This document shows positions 38,813 to 52,248 of a stretch of 64,000 bases of DNA, in pieces (position 1 is the stretch's first letter; each line of letters begins with the position of its first letter). The position numbers and the translations under genes are program-made. Source of the stretch: the human T2T-CHM13v2.0 reference genome, Homo sapiens; NCBI RefSeq assembly GCF_009914755.1, contig NC_060938.1. The stretch is one strand, 5' to 3'. The notes beneath the pieces are model-generated. The model was not told the DNA's origin and searched no databases. It saw only the letters and a list, made by a program, of their open reading frames with translations.

Positions 38813-40989
38813 GGATCTCATTCATTTTCATGTAGAAAACGAGAGCGAAACTACAGAGAAAAGAAAGGCCCGGTGCATTACGGCCTGAAGAGGGATTCCT
38901 GTTTCCTGCAACATGGGGAGTCTCCACTATGGCCTGTTTCCAAACAGGGAACTGGAAAGGAGAGCGAAGACACGATGCTGCTTTTCCGCGGTTCTCTGGA
39001 GGTTTCTGTGTCCCCAGAGAGCTCGGGAAACAAATAGTCAACATGGTCACGCTTTCGGGGGCCAGAGATGCATGAGCAACAGGTCCCCTTGCAGAAGGCA
39101 AAGGAACGTGGAACCCGAAACCACGCTTCAGTCAGCCTGAGTGTGACTCCTGTGTGGACGAGACTATCCACCTAGCGCTCCGTTGCAGGCTCAACGTGGG
39201 GCTATCTCATCTGTGAACCATGTGGATGAAAAATGGACAATCACCCGAGTCTCGGCTCATTGCTCTCTGGGCAATTCCCTCATTCCTTGGGAGACGAAAT
39301 TCGGCTGAATCGCTCTCGGATGAAGTAACCCAGGCTGGCGATCCAGAGGGCCGGTGAGAGCCCCGCAGGCCGACGCGGCTGTGGGCGGAGCACTTAGCCT
39401 GCACTGGGCACCCAGCATTTTCCCGGAGTGCAAGATCCTGGTGGTCCTGGAGTCAGAAGACTGCTTTTCTCTCTGCCTTCCTCTCTCTGTTTCTTGCTCC
39501 CTCCCTCCCTCTTTCCCTCTGTCCCTCCCGCAGTTCCTCCCCCCCTCCTTCGCTCCCTCCCTCCCTCCTTCCCTCTCTCCTTCCTTCTATCCCTCCATCC
39601 TTTCCAAGGTCCCTCGGTCCATCCGTTCTTTCCTCCCTCCATCGTTCCCTCCCTCTCTGTCTCCGTTCCTCTCCCCATCTCTGCCTGAGTTCCCTCCCGC
39701 GTAGAAAGGGCAGCACCCCGGTTTGCCCGGGGTCTCGGGTCTTCATTTAGCTGTCAGGCGCTCCACGGTGATGCCGAGGAAGCTGGCGGGGCAAGGGTAG
39801 GCCAGTGACGGTGTGGCGGGGAGGCAGAGTTGGCGAGACGCGGAAAGAAGAGCAGTCCTGGCGCCTGCCCGGGCCAGTGTTTCCCGGGATGGAGTTCTCC
39901 GCCCTCCCCACTGAAGAACGCGGTGGGGGGCAAGAGGGAAGTGATGAGAGCTCCACCTAGGCTAGTTAGAAAACCTAGGCTACTGCCTGCTAATCCGCGC
40001 ATGAGCAGTAGACAGTCTGCCTCCCGGTACCTGGAGGGGCCCTGGGATCCCCGGGATGCTCAGAAAAGAATGACAGCCCTCCTCTGAGTGGAGTCTCTCA
40101 CGCGACCTGGAACTCAGGGATCCTAGGCAGGTCAGCTGGAAGGGAAGACACGCCTCTCCATACCGAGTCAGAGGTTCACCGCGAAAGAGAGGCCGCCGCC
40201 CTGCCCCTACCCCGCCCCAACCCCGCGTCCTAAAGCTCCTCCAGCACAGCCCGCTGTTCTTCCTAGCTGAGGAGTGCTTCCAGCGGAGCGGGCTCTTCCA
40301 CGTCCTTCAGCTCCCCCAGTGGCGCCGGATCTAGGAAAGGTTGTGCCTTTTGCTGGAACTCTGGGGTTTACAGGAGCTCATCTAACTGGCTGGGGGTGAG
40401 TGTAGACGAGCGCCCCGGCTCCTGGAACGGTTGGGAGGTGCCTGGATGGCTTGCATATGTGCTTGACGCGGAGGTCTCTGGGGTCGCCAGCTTCGAAAGT
40501 GGAGGTGCCCCGTCTTCGGTTTCCCACGCCGCCATGGCGACCTGGGGCTCCAGCCCCACCGCGGATTCTGGTGGGACGTGGGTGGCGCAAACATACTTTG
40601 CCCCTGTGACTCAGCTTGAGGGTACCCAAGCTGTCCCACTGAGCATGCACCCAGCAGGCCGCCGTGCTGCGGGTCCTGGTCCTCCTGGCATTTTTGGGGG
40701 TGCGGAGGCCACCGAGGAGTCTGAGGGTGGGACAGTCCTACTTCTAGAGGAGCCAGGGCAGCAAACACAAAATCCCAGCGTGCCGGGGCAGGTTGAGAGA
40801 TTCCTTCTGCCTGCGCAGCCTGGCTAGGCTGGAGCGGTGGGACGGCCCTTGCTCCCTGGCTCACGAAAGCCCCCTGTGGGAGAGCTCCAGGCGTGCAGGG
40901 CCTGTGGGGTGCGGCAAGCCCAGTTCCCCATGCCCTGGTGTGGGTGAACTCGATTGAGGAGGGAGGAGGATGACACCTGCCGGGGGTGT
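38813..40989 (-). repeat. D4Z4-like unit 2, truncated
   Basis: Paralogous to unit 1; ends abruptly inside the DUX ORF. Confidence 0.92.
40230..40989 (-). pseudogene. DUX4-like C-terminal fragment lacking both homeodomains
   Basis: [26 protein letters not shown]...[11 protein letters not shown]...[13 protein letters not shown]...LLEEL*; frameshifted. Confidence 0.9.
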
Positions 40990-41361
40990 TAATTAGTAAC
41001 CAGAGTGGCCTCAAAGAGCTCAAATGAAAGGAAGAATTTCACGTCTCTCACTTGAAGTCCAGAGCTAGAAATGATTAAGCTTAGTGAAGATGTAAAATTT
41101 TCATGGCTAGAGAGATGTCCACACTTGGCTTCAAAACTTCAAAGGATGGGCTGACTCTCTTTGAGGACCACTGCAGTTGGTGACTTTAAGTTACAGCCAG
41201 TGCTCACTGACCACTCTGAAAATCTCAGAGCCCTTAAGAATTATGCAAAATCTATTCATTCTGTGCTCTAGAAATGGAACATTACAGTCCAAGTGACAAC
41301 ACATCTGTTAACAGCATGGTTTACTGAATATTTTAATCCCACTATTGAGACCTACTGCTCA

Positions 41362-41738
<377 letters not shown>

Positions 41739-42615
41739 ATTGCTGCTTATTGACAATTCACCTAGCTACCCAAAAGCTTAGATGGAGATGTACTTGGAAA
41801 TTAATATTATTTTCATGGCTGCTAATACAATATCTATCCTTCAGCCTGTGGATCAAGCAGTGGTTTTGACTTTCAAGTGTTTTTATTAAATAATAAATGC
41901 ATTTTGTAAAGGTATATCTGTCATAGATAGTAATTTCTTTGATGAATCTGGATAAACTGAATTGAAAACCTTTTGGAAAGGTTTCACCATTAATCCTTTC
42001 ATGATATTTCAACCTCTTCGTGTGAATCATAAATGTCCTTAATAGCAAATGCCATTAAGGACATTTGTGATTGATGGGAGGAGGTTGAAATATCAACATT
42101 AACAGGAGTTTGGAAGAAGTTGATTCCAGCCCTCATGGAAGACTTTGAAGGCTCAGGATGTCAGTGGAGGAAGTCCCTACAGATGTGGTAGAAATAGCAA
42201 GACAACCAGAATTAGAATTAGGGCCTTTAGATGAGATTAAATTGCTGTAAACTCATTATGAGACTTGAGCATCTGGGGAGTTGCTTCTTATGGATGAGCA
42301 AAGAAAATATTTTCTTGAGATGGAATCTACTCCAGGTGGAGACGCTACGAACATTGTTGAAATAACAACAAAGGATTTAGAATATTCCATAAACCTAGTT
42401 GATAAAGCAGCAGCAGGGTTTGAGAGGGTTTACTCCAATTTTTAAAGAAGTTCTACTGTGGATAAAATGCTATCAAACAGCATCACATGCTACAGGGAAA
42501 TCTTTTGTGAAAGGAACAAAATTCATTGTTTTAAGAAATTTACAAAAGCACCCAACCTTCAGCAGCCCCCACACTGACCAGTCAGCAGCCATCAACATAG
42601 AGGCAAGACCCTCAC

Positions 42616-43631
42616 TGTAAGAGAAAAGAAAGAGAGATCAGACTGTTACTGTGTCTATATAGAAAGGAAAGACGTAAGAGACTCCATTTTGAAAAAGACT
42701 TGTACTTTAAACAATTGCTTTGCTGAGAAGTTAATTTGTAGCTTTGCCCCAGCCACTTTGTGACTCAACCTGGAGCTCACAAAAACATGTGTTGTATGAA
42801 ATCAAGGTTTAAGGGATCTAGGGCTGTGCAGGATGTGCCTTGTTAACAAAATATTTACAAGCAGTATACTTGGTAAAAGTCATCGCCATTCTCTAGTCTC
42901 AATAAACGAGGGGCACAATGCACTGCAGAAAGCCGCAGGGACCTCTGCTCTTGAAAGCGGGATGTTGTCCAAGGTTACTCCCCATGTGATAGTCTGAAAT
43001 ATGGCCTCATGGGATGAGAAAGACCTGACTGTCCCCCAGCCCGACACCCGTTAAGGGTCTGTGCTGAGGTGGATTAGTAAAAGAGGAAAGCTTCTTGCAG
43101 TTGAGATAGAGGAAGGCCACTGTCTCCTGGCTGCCCCTGGGAACTGAATGTCTCAGTATAAAACCTGATTGTACATTTGTTCAATTCTGAGATAAGAGAA
43201 AAACCGCCCTATGGTGGGAGGCGAGACATGTTTGCAGTAATGCTGCTTTGTTATTCTTTACTCCACTGAGATGTTTGGGTGGAGAGAAACATAAATCTGG
43301 CTTACGTGCACGTCCACTCATAGTACCTTCCCTAGAACTTAATTGTGACATAGATTTTTTTGCTCACATGTTTTTTGCTGACCTTCTCCTTATTATCACC
43401 CTGCTCTCCTACTACATTCCTTTTTGCTGAAATAATGAAAATAATAAGCAATAAAAACTGAGGGAACTCAGAGGCTGGTGCCTGTGCAGGTCCTTGGTAT
43501 GCTGAGCGCCGGTCCCCTGGGCCTACTGTTGTTTCTCTATACTATGTCTCTGTGTCTTACTTCTTTTCTCAGTCTCTTGTCCCACCTGACTAGAAATACC
43601 TACAAGTCTGGAGGGGTGGGCCACCCCTTCA
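42616..43631 (+). mobile_element. HERV-K(HML-2) solo LTR (LTR5A/LTR5B-size, 1016 bp)
   Basis: tgt..gaaaagaaagagagatcagactgttactgtgtct ... gccaccccttca; TATA (gtataaaa ~43156), AATAAA ~43450; TSD ctcac. Confidence 0.93.
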
Positions 43632-43934
43632 CTCACCAGCAAAAAGTTTATGACTTGGTAAGGCTCAGATATTCATTAGTATTTTTCAGCAATGAGGTAT
43701 TTTAAGTTAATGTATGTACATAGTTTTGTAGACATAATGCGATTACTAATTAATTAATTAATAATTATTAAATACTCATTAGACTACAACATAGTTTAAG
43801 CATAACTTTTATAAGCACTGGGAAACAAAGTGTTTATGCGATTAACTTGTTTGTAACATTTACCTTATTGTGGTTGTCTGGAACCAAACCCACTATCTCT
43901 GAGAATGCTTGTAGGTTTTTGGTTGTTCTTTGTT

Positions 43935-44389
<455 letters not shown>

Positions 44390-46150
44390 TGCCTTTTCTT
44401 TCTAGTGGCACAAGCCCCGTGGAGTGTGGTGTGTCTGATCTCCAATGCTTTTGAACAGTGTAGACAGTATTCCTGTCTGAATTTAATTTTTTACTACACG
44501 TATGGTCTCGATCGACCACAAGAAGATCAATAAGCCCTTCTCCTTATTCTACTTCCCTTTCTAGCAATGGAGAACTTTGATTGGATTTTTCCTGCCTACA
44601 GACAGGAATGAGTCTGCTGTTTTCTTTTTTAAACCCGAGGGGACTGAGCCTGAGGGCCTCGAGCGCGGCCACCCTCCCCCAACCCCCAACTGGTGATTGT
44701 GGTGGTGGTGGTTTTGTGTTCCAGCTTCTGTTTTGTTGTTGTTGTTGCTGCTGGTGGTGCTGTCGTCATTGTTTTGGTATCTTACAGACTCAGGGGGTGT
44801 ACGTGCTTGTTTGTTAGATCGGCCTACTGCTGCCTCTGGTTGTAGAAGTGGATCTCCAGTGTATCCGATACCCACGTGGCGAACATTGTCTCTGACAGGT
44901 GATTTATTCATCCCTTGTCCCCCTCTTACCCTCCTCCTCCCTTTTGGAGTGTCTTCTATTTCCATCTTGATGACCGGGTGCGTACCCACTGTTTACCTCC
45001 CACTTGTAAGCAGAAGGCAGTTCACTGGGTACATACTTGCTTCCAGCTCTATCCATATTGTGGGAAAAGACGTGAAATCGCTCTTTTTTGTGCCTGAACC
45101 ATTAGAGAATTTTAACTTTCTTGGTGGTTGTTTTCCTTTTTTCTTTTCTTTTCTTTTTTTTTTTTCTTTTCTTTCTTTTCTTTTCTTTCTTCCTCCTCCT
45201 CCTTCTTTTTTTCATTGTTTTCAGCTGGGCTCTCCTACTTGTGTTGCTCAGTTGCTCGGGCTTGTCTCAAACTCCTGGCCTTGACACTTCTCCCGTCACA
45301 TCCACGGTCTAGTTGTTGAAATGAGCATCTCTTGTAAAATTGAAAAGATGAAAAAAATAAAGAGAAAGACAAAAAGCACGGGGTGAACGTTTCTCTTGCC
45401 GCCTCCCAGGGTGTACCTTGGACCCCATAGGAGGGAGGGAGCTTGGCTGGGTGGGTTTTCGGTGCTAAATCCTCCTGAGGGCCTCCTTCCCTCTCCCCCT
45501 TGTCCCCGCTTCTCCCCCAGCCAAGGCTCCCACCGCCGCGATGGGATTTTCCATGGGAGAGGTATGGGAGAGGACTGACGCGGCTTCCAGATCTATATCC
45601 TGCCAGACGTCTCTGGCTCAGCGTCCCCCACCAGCTGCCTGCCACCTTCCAGGGAGCTCTGAGGCCGATGCCCCGCCCCGCTTCACATCCCGCCACCCTC
45701 CTCCAGCTGGCCTTTGCCCGGCGACCCCAAGGGAACGACGTTAATGCTGCTTTCGAATCCTCCAGCGAAGACTTCCACCAGATGCCCCGGGTGGGCCGGA
45801 TGGGATGGACTGGATCACCCCGGACCATGCTGTTCTTGGGGGTGGGTTGACGTACAGGGTGGACTGGCAGCCCCAGCATTGTAAAGGGTGTGCAGGTATG
45901 GAAATGTCACATAGGATGCCCTCCTTTCCCTCAGCCTGCCTTCAGCTTCCTCAGGCATGAAGACAACTTCCCATCAGAACCTCTTTTCTTCCCTTTCTCC
46001 ACCACACAGATGAGACCCATGAGAGGGAGAAACAGCTCAATAGATACTGCTGACCTTCATTTGTGGAATCCTCAGTCATCTACAGACAGAGAGGTGAGTA
46101 GACAGGGACCCAAATCAAACACCATTTCCGGGTCCTCATGGTGGGATTCG

Positions 46151-46197
<47 letters not shown>

Positions 46198-46323
46198 TTC
46201 CACATCTAGTTCACAAACCACACTAATTTACACTTTTCACAGTACGCAGTCTGAGTAAAACCCACCCCACCCTCCACCCAGCTGCTGACGAAACCCCTTC
46301 TTTACAATTTATTAAAAAGATTA

Positions 46324-46491
<168 letters not shown>

Positions 46492-47254
46492 TCACAACTA
46501 CTCAGAAGACAGAGGCGGGCGAGTTGCTTGAACCAGGGAGGCCGAGGTTGCAGTGAGCTGAGATCGTGCCATGGCAATTATTGAGATAAAGTGAGACTCT
46601 GTCTCAATAATAATCATAATATTGTTATAAGATGTGTTGTGCGTGCTGATACCCACCTGTAGTCGCAGCTACTCAGGAGGCTGAGACAAGGAGAAGATCA
46701 CTTGAGGCCCCACAGGTCGAGGTTTCAGTCAGCTGTATCCTGGGTAGTCACTAGTCAAAGAGATATGCCCCTCCCCGTTTTCTTTTCTTTTCTTTTCTTC
46801 TTTTCTCTCTTCTTTTTTCTTCTCTCTTCTTCCTTCCTTTCTTTCTTCTTTCTTTCTCTCACTCTCTTTCTTTCTTTCTCTCTTTCTTTCTTTCTCTTCT
46901 TTCTTTCTTTCCCTTTCTTTCTTTCTTTATTTTTTTCTTTCTTTCCTGCCTGACTGACTTCCTGCCTTTCTTATTTTCTCCCTTCCTCTCTTCCTCCCTT
47001 CCTTCTTTCCTCCCGCCTCGGCCTCCCAAAGTGCTGGGATTACTGGCGTGAGGCACCACGCCTGCTTGGCCTAAAGAGAGACCCTTTGAAAGTAAGACAC
47101 ATACAGCGCCTTCTAGTGATCTGATTGATTGATTGACTGATTTAGAGACAGCGTCTCGCTCTGTCACCCTGGCAGTGGTGCCATCATAACTCACTCACTG
47201 CAGTGTGGAAGCTCCTGGACTCAAGTGATCCTTCCACCTCAGCCTCCAGAGTAG

Positions 47255-47485
<231 letters not shown>

Positions 47486-47865
47486 TAGTAGAGACGGGGC
47501 TTCTCCATGTTGGTCAGGCTGGTCTCGAACTCCCGACCTCAGGTGATCTGCTCTCCTCGGCCTCCCAAAGTGCCAGGATGGCAGACGTGAGCCACTGCTC
47601 CTGGCCTTCATTTTTAAATGTTTTTCCACAGACAGGGTCTCATCATTTTGTTGCAACCCTCCTGACCCGGCGTCTCAAAGTGCTGGCGTGAAGGGCGTGA
47701 GCCACTGCGCCTGGACTCCGGGGAATGATTCACGAACATGACCGCTGTACTAATTCTTTCTTTCTTCTTTCTTTCTTTCTTTCTTTCTTTCTTTCATTGA
47801 TGAATTTTTTTATTATTGATTGATTGATTGATTGATTGATTTTGAGACGGAGTCTCGCTCTGGTC

Positions 47866-47925
47866 GAGGCGAGGCGAGGGGAGGCGAGGCGAGGTGAGGC
47901 GAGGCGAGGTGAGGCTAGGCGAGGT
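47866..47925. repeat. (GAGGC)n pentanucleotide repeat
   Basis: Directly visible tandem repeat. Confidence 0.95.
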
Positions 47926-49799
47926 GCATCACTTTGGAAGCCGCAGCACGGCCTTCTAAAGCCCCATTCAAATGCACAAAGCCCTATTTCCTTCCTGGAG
48001 TTGGAGCTGATGCTTTCCATCGCCTTGGGCTTCTCTCCATTCAGAAGTTTTACAGGCGCAACCCCACCCAGAGGCTGGCTGCGGCTGAGGATTAGGGGGT
48101 GTGGGTGGGGCTGGAAACTCGGTCCCCTATTGTTGAAAGCTCAGCCAAGACATCCCCCGACCCCCATCGCTTGCTCACCCTTTGAGATCCCCTGACTCCA
48201 TCGCCTTGGAGGCTGACCTCTTACTTTAATTTGTCTTTCTTCCTTTCCTGCGTTTGAGGAGGGGATGCAGGAATGAGGGTGTGTGCGGGGAGGTGGTGTG
48301 GGGTGGGGACGGAGGGGAGCGTCCTAAGGGTCGATTTAGTGTCATGCCTCTTTCACCGCCACCACCGAAGATGAAAGCAACAATCAGCTAAATACCACGT
48401 GTTCTCATCCATAAGTGGGAACTTATAGATGAGAGTTCTGCGTGGGCAGAACGAGGAGGACCAGAGAAGCGGGAGCCTACTTGAGGGAGGAGGGGTGGAA
48501 GGAAAGACAGCTTCAGGAAAAAACAAAACACAACAAAACATGAAAACTGTCGAGTACTGCGCTGAGTATCCGGCTGATGAAATCATCTGCACACTGAAAC
48601 CCCCCCGTCAGAAGTTTACCTATGTAACAATCTTGCACATGTATGTTTGAACAAGAAATGAAAGTTAGGGGAGAAAGAGAGAGAGAGGGAAAGAGAGAGA
48701 GAGAGGGAAAGAGAGAGAGGGAAAGAGAGAGAGAGAGAGAGAAGTGAAAGGAAACAGCACCTCCTGGACCTGAGTCAGGGGGTTTCCGGCCTTTTGGGGG
48801 AACATTCAGCTACAATGCAGTATTTGGGCCTGTTCTTTTTTTTTTTTTTCTTCTTTTCTTTTTTTTGGACTGAGTCTCTCTCGCTCTGTCACCCAGGCTG
48901 CGGTGAAGTGGCGCTCTCTCGGCTCACTGAAACCTCTGCTTCCCGGGTTCCAGTGATTCTTCTTCGGTAGCTGGGATTACAGGCGTGCACAACGACAGCC
49001 GGCTAATTTTTCTATTTTTAGTAGAGACGGGGTTGCTCCATGTTGGCCACGTTGGTATTGAACTCCTGACCTCAAGTGATCCACCTTCCTGGGCCTCCCA
49101 AAGTGCTGGGATGACAGGCCTGAGCCGCCGGGATTTCAGCCTTTAAAAGCACGAGCCATGACACTTTTCGCTGCAGCCCTTACACTCAGAATGATGTGTC
49201 GTCTCTGCCATAGGTTAACTCCTTGAGTCCCCTATGCCATTGTACTCTAGCCTGGGCAGCAAGAGCGAAACTCCGTCCCCCCACCTTCCCGTGCAAATAG
49301 ATAAATAAATAATAAATAGATAAACAAACAAACAAATAAATAAATAAAATCTCTACACATGACCTATAAGTGTGCATTCCCATGAGTGATTTCTAAGAAA
49401 TGGCACTGTACACTGAACGCAGTGGCCCACGTTTGTCATTCCAGCACTTTGGGAGGCCGAGGTGGGTGGTTCACGAAGTCAGGAGTTCAAGACCAGCCTA
49501 GCCAACATGGTGAAACCCCGTCTCTACTGAAAATACGAAACTGAGTCGGGTGCAGTGGGGCAGGCACCTGTAATCCCAGCTACTCGGGAGGTTGAGGCGG
49601 GAGAATCGCTTGAACCTCGCAGGCGGAGGTTTCAGTGACCCAGGATGGCGCCACTGCACTACAGCCTGGGCGACAGAGTGAGACTTGGTCTCCAAATAAA
49701 TAAATAAATAAATGAAAGAAAGAAAAAAGAAAAAAGAAAAGAAAACCAGAAAAGAAAGAAAATGAAAGAAAAGTCGCTGTATCGCTACTGGGCTAGGAC

Positions 49800-51682
49800 C
49801 TTCCCTCTTTCTGTCTGTTTCTCTTTGTCTCTCTCTGTCCATCTCTGTCTTTCTCTATCTGTCTCTTTCTCTGTCTGTCTGTCTGTCTGTCTCTTTCTTT
49901 CTCTCTGTCTCTGTCTCTCTCTCTCTGTCTGTCTCACAGTGTCTGTCTTCTCTCTTTCTCTGCCTGTCTGTCTCTCTCTCTCCCTCCCTCTCTGTTTCTG
50001 TCTCTCTCTGTGTCTCTCTCTTTCTGTCTGTTTCTCTCTGTCTCTCTCTGTCTGTCTCTGTTTTTCTCTGTCTCTGTCTGTCTCTGTTTTTCTCTGTCTC
50101 TCTGCCTGTCTCTGTATTTCTTTTTCTGAGTCTCTCTGTCTGTCTCTCTCACTCTCTCTCTCTGTCTGTCTCTCTGTGCCTATCTTCTGTCTTATTCTCT
50201 TTCTCTACCCATCTGTCTCTCTCTCTGTCTGTCCCTCTCCCTCCCTTTCTGTCTCTCTCTCTCTCTCATTCTCTCTCTGTCTCTCTCTCTTTCTGTTTGT
50301 TTCTCTCTGTCTCTCTCTCCATCTCTGTCTGTCTCTCTCTTTCTCTCTGTCTCTGTCCGTCTCTCTCTGCCTGTCTCTCTCACTGTGTCTGTCTTCTGTC
50401 TTATTCTCTTCCTCTGCCTGTCTCTCTCTCCCTCCCTGCCTTTCTGTTTCTCTCTCTCTCTGTCTCTCTCTCTGTCTGTTTCTCTCTGTCTGTCTCTGTC
50501 TGTCTCCTCCTCTGTCTGTCTGTCTCTCTCTTTCTTTTTTTTTTTCAAGATGGAGTCTCACTGTGTCACCCAGGCTGGAGTGCAGTGGTGCCATCTTGGC
50601 TCACTGCAAGCTTCACCACCGAGGTTCACGCCATTCTCCTGCCTCAGCCTCCTGAGTAGCTGGGACTATAGGCGCCCGCCACCAAACCCGGCTAATTTTT
50701 TGTATTTTTAGTACAGACGGGATTTCACCGTGTTAACCAGGATGGTCTTGATCTCCTGACCTCGTGATCCGCCCGCCTTGGCCTCCCAAAGTGCTGGGAT
50801 GGCAGGAGTGAGCCACCGTGCCTGGACTGTCTCTCTCTTTCTTTCTCTCTCTTTCTCTCTCTCTCTTTCTCTCTCTCTCTGTGCCTATCTTCTGTCTTAC
50901 TCTCTTTCTCTGCCTCTCTGTCTGTCTCTCTCTCTCTGTCTCTCTCTCTCCCTGTCTGTTTCTCTCCCTCTGTCTCTCTCTCTCTCTTGCTGTTTCTCTC
51001 TGTCTGTCTCTGTCTGTCTCTTTCTCTGTCTGTCTCTCTCTTTCTCTCTGTCTCTGTCTCTGTCTCTATCTGCCTGTTTCTCTCACTGTGTCTGTCTTCT
51101 GTCTTACTCTCCTTCTCTGCCTGTCTGTTTGTCTCTCTCTCCCCCTCTCTTTGTTTCTCTCTCCCTCTCTATCTCTCACTCTCTCCATCTCTCTCTCTGT
51201 CTGTTTCTCTCTGTCTGTCTCCGTCTTTCTGTCTCTCTGTCTGTCTGTCTCTCTCTCTCTGTCTCTCTCCCTCCCTGTCTGTCTGTTTCTCTCTCTTTCT
51301 CTGTCTCTGTCTCTCTCTTTCTGTTTCTCTCTGTCCATCTCTGTCTCTCTTTCTTTCTCTGTCTCTCTCTTTCTCTGCCTGTCTCTCTCACTGTGTCTGT
51401 CTTCTGTCTTACTCTCTTTCTCTGCCTGTCTGTCTGTCTCTCTCTCTCCCTCCCTTTCTCTCTCTCTCCATCTCTCTCTCTTTCTGTTTCTCTCTGTCTC
51501 TCTCTGTCTGTCTCTGTGTGTCTGTCTGTTTCTCTCTCTGTCTCTCTCTCTCTTTCTGTTTGTTTCTCCTTATCTGTCTCTCTCTCTCTCTGTCTCTCTC
51601 CCTGCCTGTCTGTCTGTTTCTCTCTGTCTCTCTCTGTCCATCTCTGTCTTTCTATGTCTGTCTCTTTCTCTGTCAGTCTGTC
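49800..51682 (+). repeat. Pyrimidine-rich (CT/CTGT)n array 1 of the IGS long repeat
   Basis: Near-pure C/T with interspersed G; recurring cactgtgtctgtcttctgtctta motif. Confidence 0.95.
50538..50827 (-). mobile_element. AluY-like insertion within the CT array
   Basis: 17-bp TSD tgtctctctctttcttt at 50521-50537 and 50828-50844. Confidence 0.92.
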
Positions 51683-51932
51683 AGAGCCCCTTTGCCGGGG
51701 AGGGCCCTGCCCCTTCCACGAAAGTGAGAAGCGCCTGCTTAGAGAGGCCGAGAGGAATCTAGACAGACGGGCCTTGCTAGGCTTCGCCACTCGGTGTATG
51801 ATTTCGGGAGGTCAAGGCCGGGTCCCCACTTGGATGGAAGGGGCATTTTCAAACGTTTCTCTCTGTCACGTGTGGCGTCCCTACTTCTCGTATTTCCCTG
51901 ATAAGCTCCTCGACTTAAAAATACATGGTTAA

Positions 51933-52248
51933 GGCCGGGCGCGGTGGCTCACGTCTGTCATCCCAGCAGTTTGGGAGGCCGAGACGGGTGGATCACCTGA
52001 GGTTGGGAGTTTGAGACCAGCCTTGCCAACACTGCGAAAACGCATCTCTACTAAAAATACTAAATTGAGTCGGGCGCGGTGGGGCAGGCGCCTGTAATGC
52101 CAGCTACTCGGGAGGCTGAGGCAGGAGAATCGCTTGAACCTGGGTGGCGGAGCATGCAGGGAGCCGAGATCGCGCCACTGCACTACAGCCTGGGCTGTAG
52201 ATTGAGTGAGACTCTGTCTCTAAATAAATAAATAAATAAATAAATAAA
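51933..52248 (+). mobile_element. Full-length IGS Alu with (TAAA)n tail
   Basis: Complete Alu body. Confidence 0.92.
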
